Source: Promethearchaeota archaeon (GTDB lineage: Archaea > Asgardarchaeota > Lokiarchaeia > Sigyniarchaeales > SOKP01). From it: a DNA stretch of 20,871 bases. Below are positions 9,159-16,844 of this stretch, piece after piece. Every line of letters begins with the position of its first letter. Position 1 is the stretch's first letter. The position numbers were made by a program, and so were the translations under genes. The notes under the pieces are model-generated. The model was not told the DNA's origin and ran no database searches. It saw only the letters and a program-made list of their open reading frames with translations. The stretch covers positions 1 to 20,871 of the forward strand of contig JAHPZI010000013.1 in assembly GCA_019058295.1 (NCBI GenBank), given 5' to 3'.

Positions 9159-9959
9159 TTAATAATAGTTAATTTTGATGTCTTCATTCTTAATTATTTC
9201 TTTAAATTTTTCAACAATCTCTTTCTTTCTATCTTGATCTATAGCAAAAACGAAATACTGTGCCGGTATTCTTGCGATAGAGTAAACTTGTACGAAGTCT
9301 GGTTTAATTTTTTTAATCGTATAAGCTAATTTCTCAATATTTTCTGGATTATTGTTAGATACGAATTCTTTTTTATAAGAATTATAAATAAGACATTGTA
9401 TTGCTAATTTATGATCAATAGGCATTTCTTTTCTTAATTTTATAATAGAATTGATAATCGTTTTGAGGTTAGGAGTGTCTTTATGTGGACAATTTGTTCT
9501 TTTAAAATCTTCCTCAGTTGCAGCATCTAATTTCGCTAAAACTAATTCAAATTGCTTAACCCTTTCTCTCACTTCATCTAGATATAATTTACTAGAATTT
9601 GTAAATAATGTTAATTTTGGTTTACTTTCGGTCCAATTTAATCGATTTCTTACTTTAATAGCTATTTTAAGAAAATCTAACAGATTTATATTAAGAGTAG
9701 GCTCACCATTATACCCAAAAGTAATTGAATTTAAATGTGGCACATATTTTAATATAGAGAGTAGTTCTTTTTGAAAATTGATTGTTGGCTTTATATTTAT
9801 TCTATGTTCCGGAGAAACCAACTGATCTTTACTAGTAATTCCTAATTCACAGTATGCGCAATTATATGTACAGATTTTGATCTTTGATAAAACGTCAACT
9901 CCAAGTGAAAGTTTTAAACGCCTAGATTGAAATGGTCCATAAGTATATTCTCTTGGCAT
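9159..9959 (-). CDS. Radical SAM Fe-S protein (COG0731-like)
   Basis: YGPFQSRRLKLSLGVD N-terminal motif, CTYNCAYC (CxxxCxxC), NGEPTL and KLDA motifs. Confidence 0.9.
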   Translation of the reverse strand: MPREYTYGPFQSRRLKLSLGVDVLSKIKICTYNCAYCELGITSKDQLVSPEHRINIKPTINFQKELLSILKYVPHLNSITFGYNGEPTLNINLLDFLKIAIKVRNRLNWTESKPKLTLFTNSSKLYLDEVRERVKQFELVLAKLDAATEEDFKRTNCPHKDTPNLKTIINSIIKLRKEMPIDHKLAIQCLIYNSYKKEFVSNNNPENIEKLAYTIKKIKPDFVQVYSIARIPAQYFVFAIDQDRKKEIVEKFKEIIKNEDIKINYY

Positions 9960-9967
9960 AATTTTAT

Positions 9968-10741
9968 TTATTTAATTTCCAAATTATTCTCAATAAACTC
10001 CTCTATCGCTTTATTTAACTCTTTAGGCTTTTCAAGCATGACCATATGTCCAGCATCCTTGATAACAACTAATTTTGAATCTTTTACTTTATCTTTAAAA
10101 TATTGCGAGTATTTTGTTGGTGTTAATTTATCTTCATTTCCACAAATTATTAAACAAGGCACATTAATCGAAGCTATTTTATCCAAAACATCAAAATTGT
10201 CACAAATTTTAAAATCTGCATATGTTACTTCAGGTTTAGTCTTTGCGATCTCAATTAAAAGAGCTTCTTTTATTTCTTTTGAAGTTTTTCTATAAAATGC
10301 TCCCATAGGTAATCCAATTAAAAATTCTTGATAATTATTTTTTAAAGAATTGAGGATCATAGGACTTACACGTAATCTTGCGCCTGTGCCACAAAGAATT
10401 AAAGCAGAAACCTCCTTTTGGTTCTTAAAAAAATATTCTTGGACTATTGCGCCTCCTAACGAATGCCCACACAAGACTACTTTTCTAAGTTTTAAGAAAT
10501 CAACAAGCTTTTTAATGACATCTACATATAACTCGAGGGATAATTCTGGAAAATCATCTGATTCTGCATGAGAAGGCAAATCAATCGCTATAAGGTTATA
10601 ATTAATATTTAGGTCATTAAGTTGTCCTTTCCAAACAATTGAGTTTTCTCCAGAACCATGTATAAAAATAACCGCTTTTTTTTCCTCCTTTTCCTTAAAT
10701 TGATAATAAATCTTTTTTCCATTATATTCGAAGAGGGGCAT
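9968..10741 (-). CDS. Alpha/beta hydrolase
   Basis: FIHG, GHSLGG nucleophile elbow, GNEDKLTP and AGH complete a Ser-Asp-His triad. It ends 8 nt before the radical SAM gene, so they are likely co-transcribed. Confidence 0.95.
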   Translation of the reverse strand: MPLFEYNGKKIYYQFKEKEEKKAVIFIHGSGENSIVWKGQLNDLNINYNLIAIDLPSHAESDDFPELSLELYVDVIKKLVDFLKLRKVVLCGHSLGGAIVQEYFFKNQKEVSALILCGTGARLRVSPMILNSLKNNYQEFLIGLPMGAFYRKTSKEIKEALLIEIAKTKPEVTYADFKICDNFDVLDKIASINVPCLIICGNEDKLTPTKYSQYFKDKVKDSKLVVIKDAGHMVMLEKPKELNKAIEEFIENNLEIK

Positions 10742-10846
10742 GACTCACACTAATTATTAATTTAATTTTAATTTCGATTAAATAAAAAGAAATATTGAAA
10801 ATATTATTTATCATTACGTATTAGATAAAAACAAGGTGAATAAATA

Positions 10847-12175
10847 ATGACAGAAGTATTTATTGTTGATACCACACAAGGATTAAAATCCGCTGTAAAC
10901 CAATTATTTTCAAACATCGAGAAATCTGGTCCTATTTTAAAAAGTTCTAAAGAAGTTTATATTAAAGTCAATGGAATCGATTTCAAGAAACATGCTTATA
11001 CTTCTCCAGAAGTTTTAGAAGCTGTAATTGATTATCTTAAAAATATTGGGGGAAACGTTTATGTGATGGAAAACTCTACTCAAGCAAACATGACTAGGGT
11101 TGTTTTTGCTATTAATGGTGTTAAAGAGGTATGTAAGAAGATGGGAGCAGAAATCATATATTTGGACGAAGAAGATACTAAAACATTTGATTTTAAAGGA
11201 AAACCTTCATCGAAAGATGACCCTAAAGGATACAATTTAAAGACATTTAGAATGCCAATAACAATCGCCAAAATTATAGAAAATAGAGATAAATATACTT
11301 ACATCAATTTGCCAAAACTTAAAACTCATTCAATGGCAGGAGTGACACTTGGTATAAAGAATCAATGGGGTTATCCCCAACATGAAGACCGAGGTAAGGA
11401 CCATAACTATAATTTACATTCAAAATTAGTTGATGTATACGAATATATTAAGCCGGATATAACAATTATTGATGGAATTGAAGGGACAATTCATGGGCAT
11501 TACCCCCCTACAGCATGGGAAGATCGCCTCGTTAAACAATTTAATATCTTAATTGGAGGAAGGGATACATTAGCCGTTGATGTTGTTGGAGCAAGAGTTT
11601 TTGGTTTAACTATAGATGAAATTCCCCATTTAAAAATAGCCTACGAGCGGGAATTAGGTGAAGGAGATTTGAATAAGATCGATGTTATTGGAAAAAATTT
11701 GGAGGAATATAAAGAAAAATATGAATGGGATCTATTACAGAAATTTCCTGAAAACGTCAAAATCGTAAAAGGTAAAGATCTATTGTGTAGAGAAGGGTGT
11801 CAAAATAATCCATTAGCGTTCTTACAAATTCTCGCATACGATTATCCCGAAAAGTTTAAGGGAGGATGGTTTATTATAATGGGGAAAGGATTTGATGAGG
11901 ATCTTGCAGATCAATTAAAAGCTGAAGGCTATAAGAAAGGTCTCGTGGCAGGGTATTGTGCTATAAATGAAGTTGGTGAAAAACTTAAAAGTGAATTTGG
12001 TAAAAGAAAGGTATTTTTTTCTGGAGATTGTAATAATTTGGCAGAAACTGCAAATGCAGAATTTAAATTATCGGGTGTAAGTGTATTTGATTTAGTTCCA
12101 ATTCCAATTCAAGAATTAATGAAACTCCTTGAGGCTGCCCGAGATCATGGTAGTAAAGCGTTAGTTCCATTGTAA
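10847..12175 (+). CDS. DUF362 domain protein with Cys-containing C-terminal domain
   Basis: INLPKLKTH...GVTLGIKN, IIDGI and DxLAVD motifs. C-terminal CREGC / GYCA / GDC. AGGTGA SD upstream. Confidence 0.88.
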   Translation: MTEVFIVDTTQGLKSAVNQLFSNIEKSGPILKSSKEVYIKVNGIDFKKHAYTSPEVLEAVIDYLKNIGGNVYVMENSTQANMTRVVFAINGVKEVCKKMGAEIIYLDEEDTKTFDFKGKPSSKDDPKGYNLKTFRMPITIAKIIENRDKYTYINLPKLKTHSMAGVTLGIKNQWGYPQHEDRGKDHNYNLHSKLVDVYEYIKPDITIIDGIEGTIHGHYPPTAWEDRLVKQFNILIGGRDTLAVDVVGARVFGLTIDEIPHLKIAYERELGEGDLNKIDVIGKNLEEYKEKYEWDLLQKFPENVKIVKGKDLLCREGCQNNPLAFLQILAYDYPEKFKGGWFIIMGKGFDEDLADQLKAEGYKKGLVAGYCAINEVGEKLKSEFGKRKVFFSGDCNNLAETANAEFKLSGVSVFDLVPIPIQELMKLLEAARDHGSKALVPL

Positions 12176-12283
12176 GATCATCAAATTGATGTGATTGGTG
12201 CGAGAAATCTAATTATTAAAATGAATTCATAATAGTTTTAAAAAAAAAATTATATAATAGTTTACACTATTAATTAAATTGTA

Positions 12284-13036
12284 ATGACTGACCTTGGATC
12301 TAAATATTCCGAGATTAAAAGCTTTTTATCAATCCCCGACGACCGATTTGATTTGGAGGAAACTATAAACGCAACATTTGAATCGGAATCGGAGGATAAA
12401 AAATTATATGTCCTAGGTAAAGTTATAAATTTTATAACACATTTTGCTATGTTTAAAGAAATAAAACCTTTCATGAATTCTGTTTTTATTTGTATTAAAA
12501 AGACTTTAGAAATAAAAACGCAAAATTTAGGAGACTATGATGAATTATTAATAAAAAATTCACTTATGAGATTTGTCCAAGAGTATATAACATATTCTAA
12601 TTTATCACAAAAAGAGGAAATCCTTAATTTCATTGCCCGCTCATTTGAGAAATTGCAACTACAACCTTTAATCATCAATCTTGGTTTATTACTTAAGCCA
12701 ATGTATTCAGATAATGATTATCTCAACAAAATAAAGGATTATGAAGAAATTGAAGTCACATATATCTTAAACGATGAAAATGAGGTAAAAATAAAGAAAG
12801 AAATTGATAAATGGCTTGAAACTCAAGAACTTACTTTAGAGAATCAAAACGCTACAAGGGAACGGTTACTAGAAAAATATGATCAACTAGTTGGTGAATA
12901 TAACCTTTCAAAAGAGTCCAAATCATATCAGAAATTAATGAAGGAAGTTGAGGAAATGCTTGCAATGCGACTTACTGTTATGAGTTTAATGGAGTCTATA
13001 GATGAGTCATTTGAACCTATTCCAATTAATAAATAA
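12284..13036 (+). CDS. Hypothetical acidic, largely alpha-helical protein
   Basis: 250-aa ORF with normal codon usage. TATA-like TTATATAA at ~12250. No recognised motif. Confidence 0.8.
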   Translation: MTDLGSKYSEIKSFLSIPDDRFDLEETINATFESESEDKKLYVLGKVINFITHFAMFKEIKPFMNSVFICIKKTLEIKTQNLGDYDELLIKNSLMRFVQEYITYSNLSQKEEILNFIARSFEKLQLQPLIINLGLLLKPMYSDNDYLNKIKDYEEIEVTYILNDENEVKIKKEIDKWLETQELTLENQNATRERLLEKYDQLVGEYNLSKESKSYQKLMKEVEEMLAMRLTVMSLMESIDESFEPIPINK

Positions 13037-13163
13037 GCATTTGGAAAGATATATTGCTTTACTCTATTTTTTATAAAATTCTTTGTTTATAAGAAAATTA
13101 AAATATCTAAAGTTTTATAATTATCTTTAGAAAAAAATTAATATTTTTTTAAAAGTGATTATT

Positions 13164-14381
13164 ATGGAAGAAAAAGAAAAACCATTAGATCCAGAAGAAA
13201 TCGAAAAACAAAAGAAAATTGTAGAAGATCTATACAAGCGAAAAAAAGAAGAGACAGAACAATATTTAAAAACTACTGAAGAACAAAGAAAGAAAACTTT
13301 TGAAGAAAGTAAATCACAAATAGAAAAATCTGTTGGTGAGAAGGCATTCTTAAGTTTAAAACAAAAAGAGAAAACTGCTGAATTGAAAAAACTGAAACCC
13401 GATATGGAAAAATCTGCCGAGGCAATTAACCCTACTATTTCCGAAAGAGCTTATCTCACTGAAAGAAAAAAAGAGAAAGATGCTGAACGTATGGGTTTAA
13501 AACCAAAGATATTGGGAACAGGGCAAACTATAAGTAAATCAGTAAGTGAGAAGGCTTTTTTGATTGAGCAACGAAGATTAAGTGAAAAACAGCGAAAAGA
13601 ATTGAAGCCAGATAGAGAAAAATCAGCACAAGCTATACAAGGTTCTATTTCAGAAAAAGCATTCATGATTGAAAAACAGAAAGAAAGATCCGCTCAACTA
13701 AAAGGATTAAAGCCAGATATGAGTAAATCGGCGGAATCCATAAGTAAATCAATCGGAGAAAAAGCTTATCTTATTGAGAAGAAAAAAGAGAAAGATATTG
13801 AACGAATGAGCTTGAAACCGAGGATAATGGCTACTGGGCATACTATAAGTAAATCAGTGAATGAGAAGGCTTTTTTGATAGAGCAAAGAAAATTAAGTGA
13901 AAAACAACGAAAGGAATTGAAGCCAGATATAGAAAAATCGGCACAAGCTATACAAGGTTCTATTTCAGAAAAAGCATTCATGATTGAAAAGCAGAAAGAA
14001 AGATCCGCTCAACTAAAAGAATTAAAACCAGATATAGGAAAATCAACTGAGGCAATCAGCAAATCTATAAGTGATAAAGCGTTTTTTATTGAGAAACAGA
14101 AGGAGAAAGACGCTCAATTGAAAGGAATAAAACCTGATAAAGAGAAATCAGCACAAGCTATACAAGGTTCTATTTCAGAAAAAGCTTTCATGATCGAAAA
14201 GCAAAGAGAGAAGAACGCTCAAATAAAAGAATTAAAACCAAATATCGAAGGAATAGGTGAAAAACTCGAATCTGAAATTGAAAAAATTGAACAGAAGAAA
14301 ATCGGAAGTTCATCTGATGAGAGTAAAACTGATACAGAAAAATGGTTGGAACAACAAAAAAAAATCAGGAAAGATAATTAA
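13164..14381 (+). CDS. Lys/Glu-rich protein of nine tandem 35-aa repeats (nebulin-module-like)
   Basis: Consensus KPDxEKSAxAIxxSISEKAFxIEKQKEKxAQxKEL, with no indels between units. ATG 13164 is preceded by a GTGA SD-like motif. Confidence 0.9.
   Translation: MEEKEKPLDPEEIEKQKKIVEDLYKRKKEETEQYLKTTEEQRKKTFEESKSQIEKSVGEKAFLSLKQKEKTAELKKLKPDMEKSAEAINPTISERAYLTERKKEKDAERMGLKPKILGTGQTISKSVSEKAFLIEQRRLSEKQRKELKPDREKSAQAIQGSISEKAFMIEKQKERSAQLKGLKPDMSKSAESISKSIGEKAYLIEKKKEKDIERMSLKPRIMATGHTISKSVNEKAFLIEQRKLSEKQRKELKPDIEKSAQAIQGSISEKAFMIEKQKERSAQLKELKPDIGKSTEAISKSISDKAFFIEKQKEKDAQLKGIKPDKEKSAQAIQGSISEKAFMIEKQREKNAQIKELKPNIEGIGEKLESEIEKIEQKKIGSSSDESKTDTEKWLEQQKKIRKDN
13290..14234 (+). repeat. 9 x 105-bp tandem coding repeat with 315-bp higher-order duplication
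   Basis: KP dipeptides recur every 35 codons from 13395. The block aaatc(a/g)gcacaagctatacaaggttctatttcagaaaaagc occurs at ~13620, ~13935 and ~14145. Antisense shadow ORFs are duplicated at a 315-bp offset. Confidence 0.95.
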
Positions 14382-14446
14382 TTAAATCAAAATTAACAGA
14401 CAAATTTTTAAAACTCTATTATTTGACAAGGTTTTATTGTTTTTTT

Positions 14447-14962
14447 TTACATATCCTTGTTGAATGAAATTAAGGAATTTAAGTTTAGATTTCTTAAACG
14501 AGTTTTATATTCTAAAATTTTTGGTTCAATATATCCCTTGAAACCGTTTATTTCGTTTTCAAATCTTTCATAAAAATCTTTCATAATTTCTTGGATTATT
14601 TCTCTTTCAATTTGGAGATTTGTTTTTTTAGAAATTCCTATACAAAGTAATCTTCCCCTCTTTTCATAAAGTATTCTTGTTTTTTTAAAATTTACTTCTT
14701 GAATTTCTTCGTCGTTATTGTTTTTTATTTCTTTTATAAACATATTTAATGCGTTTAAAAAACCACTAATTAAATCTTCCCTATTTTTATATATCCCTGA
14801 GTTTATACCCGCGCTTTCTGAATATCTATTACTTAAAAGTAAGGATCCTGATTGGCTATCTACAAAATAAATCGCATGAAATCTATTTTGATTGAACTCT
14901 AATCCTTCCAAATTAAATCCAAAATTCCGTTTTATTGAACCATTTTTCCATTTTAAAGACAT
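14447..14962 (-). CDS. Stand-alone longin-like domain protein (Asgard eukaryotic-signature type)
   Basis: Beta-beta-alpha-beta-beta-beta-alpha pattern: HAIYFVDSQSGSLLL, DLISGFLNALNMFIKEI, IQEVNF, ILYEK, LLCIGIS, IIQEIMKDFYERF. Confidence 0.75.
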   Translation of the reverse strand: MSLKWKNGSIKRNFGFNLEGLEFNQNRFHAIYFVDSQSGSLLLSNRYSESAGINSGIYKNREDLISGFLNALNMFIKEIKNNNDEEIQEVNFKKTRILYEKRGRLLCIGISKKTNLQIEREIIQEIMKDFYERFENEINGFKGYIEPKILEYKTRLRNLNLNSLISFNKDM

Positions 14963-15160
14963 AATTTTCAGCTTATTTTTATAAACTCTCCATTAAAAGA
15001 AAAACATTCAATTTTCATTAAAAATACATAAAATATCTCTGTGATATTTCAATAACATAAGGACATTATTTTTCTCTATCAAACCAAATACAAAAAAATA
15101 AAAATTAATATAATTTATTTAAAAATTAGCTTTAAAGCACAATGAAAAATATTGATTATT

Positions 15161-15619
15161 ATGGGAACTGAAAGTGATAAAGGCAATGTAAAGAATAAAA
15201 TCTCTTTAGGTTTGATAGTGACAAAAGATAAATTAAACAATTCTATTTTCCCTTCAGAAATTTTAAAGGAAATTTTAGATGCTCCTTATTATTTGTTAAT
15301 TTTCATTTCTCGCGAAGATTTGGTTAAAGTGAGCTGTTTTCCTACAAAAAGTAAGGATATAAAAAAGGTTTTAATAAAATTAACCGAATTTTCACCGGAA
15401 CCCGTGAAAGGCATACCTACTGTTTTAAGAGAACTTGATTTAAGTAAGAGTATTTTACATACTACAGGATTATGCTACGAAATGGAAAAATGTTGTTATG
15501 AGACTTATATTAATTGCGAAGATTTAGATAGTAATAAAATTGAAATTCTTAAAGAGAGGCTCAAGGCTGTTGCGAAAGTAATTGATGTAGAGGTTGAAGA
15601 TATTCGTGTTCATAACTAA
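15161..15619 (+). CDS. Hypothetical protein with ACT-like (ferredoxin-fold) C-terminal domain
   Basis: C-terminal beta-alpha-beta-beta-alpha-beta pattern ending LKERLKAVAKVIDVEVEDI. Fold is inferred by eye. Confidence 0.65.
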   Translation: MGTESDKGNVKNKISLGLIVTKDKLNNSIFPSEILKEILDAPYYLLIFISREDLVKVSCFPTKSKDIKKVLIKLTEFSPEPVKGIPTVLRELDLSKSILHTTGLCYEMEKCCYETYINCEDLDSNKIEILKERLKAVAKVIDVEVEDIRVHN

Positions 15620-15649
15620 TAAATTTAACACAAATTAATCTTGATAATT

Positions 15650-15859
15650 ATGGCCGATAAAAAAAAACCACCTCCTCCAATAATGCCTCCTAGCAGCGTT
15701 AAAATTACAGAGAATTTTTGTCTTTTCCATAAAGGAGATATTGAAGGGGATATTTATCAATGCAACACTTGTAAGACAAAATATTGTCTTGAATGCGCAA
15801 AAAAGGCGAAAGCAGAAGGAAAAAAATGCATTAAATGCAAGCAGTTAATTTTTATTTAA
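15650..15859 (+). CDS. Small RING-like zinc finger protein with N-terminal polyproline
   Basis: KKKPPPPIMPP followed by C-x2-H-x10-C-x2-C-x4-C-x2-C-x10-C-x2-C (8 ligands). Confidence 0.8.
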   Translation: MADKKKPPPPIMPPSSVKITENFCLFHKGDIEGDIYQCNTCKTKYCLECAKKAKAEGKKCIKCKQLIFI

Positions 15860-15873
15860 ATATAGTTCAAAAA

Positions 15874-16269
15874 TTATTCATTTTCTCTTTTGATTGTTGA
15901 TAAAGATCGCCACGTTTTCCAAAAAAGCAACAACATTATTATAAAAATGAATAATGCCGTAGCAAAAATATACCCTCCTATAAATGGGTCTACAAAAATC
16001 ATAAATGGAATCCCTGCCATAGAAAATCCGAACATGAATCCATACCCCCAATACCTGTTTTTACAACCAATAATTACACCAGGGATACTAGAAATAAAAA
16101 TAATTGATAAAAAAGACCAAATTTCCATAAAAGCTAAAATTAATAACATATTGAACCAAGAAATAACTCCTCCAATAAAAAAAAATACAACTGTTCCTAT
16201 ATCTAATTTAAATTCAGGTTCAATCTTGCCTAAAGGGCTTATTGATTTTTCTTTTTTCTTATCTTGCAT
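15874..16269 (-). CDS. Small integral membrane protein, ~4 TM
   Basis: Four hydrophobic Gly/Phe-rich segments with charged termini. Confidence 0.8.
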   Translation of the reverse strand: MQDKKKEKSISPLGKIEPEFKLDIGTVVFFFIGGVISWFNMLLILAFMEIWSFLSIIFISSIPGVIIGCKNRYWGYGFMFGFSMAGIPFMIFVDPFIGGYIFATALFIFIIMLLLFWKTWRSLSTIKRENE

Positions 16270-16499
16270 AAGAATCTAATTATTTTTAAATTTATATTTC
16301 TCTATTTTACAATTTACAACCAAATTTTTAACCGCTTTGTATAAATTTATACTTTTCTCTTATATTTTTATAATAAAGAATTTATATAATGGGAATTATA
16401 TATACTATAATGAGATAAAAATTTAAGTTTTTTATACCATAAAATTTGAGTTGAACACGTAACAAATTAAATAAATTTAAATAACAAATCTAAAAAAAT

Positions 16500-16662
16500 G
16501 ACTCCTGCCGCACCCTGGATTTTTGTCTTTTGGTTAGCGTATTTCGGTACGCTATGATTTTGCCCTCCTCCCCCTATTTAATTTATGACCTTATCATTAG
16601 GTCTCGCTGGCAGGAGTCTCCTTTTCCAAATTATTTTACCTGTTATTAATTTGAAGGGGAGA
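16500..16662 (+). ncRNA. Putative structured non-coding RNA or regulatory leader of unknown family
   Basis: Perfect 10-bp closing stem GACTCCTGCC (16500-16509) / GGCAGGAGTC (16609-16618). Internal hairpins TAGCGTA-tTTCGg-TACGCTA (16535-16554) and GACCT-7nt-AGGTC (16587-16603). Adjacent hairpin 16617-16662. GC-rich island in a very AT-rich spacer. Strand is inferred from the UUCG loop and G-U pairs. Confidence 0.6.
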
Positions 16663-16801
16663 TAAAAAAATGAAAAGTAATAATTGTTTCTATTTTCGTC
16701 CCTTTTATTAAAAAAATAAAAATTTTTTTATACATATTTTTAATAGTATGTTTCCTAAGATTATCATTAAATATCATTTTGTTTATTTTATCAAATAATC
16801 T

Positions 16802-16810
16802 TTTATATAA
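16802..16810 (+). promoter_or_regulatory. Candidate TATA box for tes
   Basis: TTTATATAA ~35-43 nt upstream of ATG 16845. Weak evidence in AT-rich DNA. Confidence 0.4.
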
Positions 16811-16844
16811 AATAACTAGTTAATAATTTTCAAAGTTGAATTTA

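Noticed and set aside
12176-12235. SECIS element or selenoprotein readthrough
   Set aside because: Only a weak G-U-rich stem, and the upstream gene has no in-frame TGA. The TGA stops of uvrC and the 663-aa gene are followed by further stops within a few codons.
13290-14234. PPR/TPR or CRISPR interpretation of the 105-bp repeat
   Set aside because: It is fully coding with no repeat-spacer structure, and it lacks the hydrophobic two-helix consensus of PPR/TPR.
15890-16279. + strand 129-aa ORF and other short antisense or overlapping ORFs in the track (e.g. 9927-10295, 9451-9774, 13451-13666, 13766-13981)
   Set aside because: They are shadows of better-supported genes on the opposite strand or in another frame, with no motifs.
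16499-16557. 19-aa ORF MTPAAPWIFVFWLAYFGTL
   Set aside because: Very short, no SD, and overlapping a region better explained by RNA structure. A leader peptide cannot be fully excluded.
16500-16618. 5S rRNA, tRNA or yybP-ykoY identity for the structured element
   Set aside because: The length fits 5S, but the helix II/III and loop C (CCGAAC) arrangement is missing. There is no cloverleaf or TTCRA arm. The yybP-like words on the - strand are in the wrong order.
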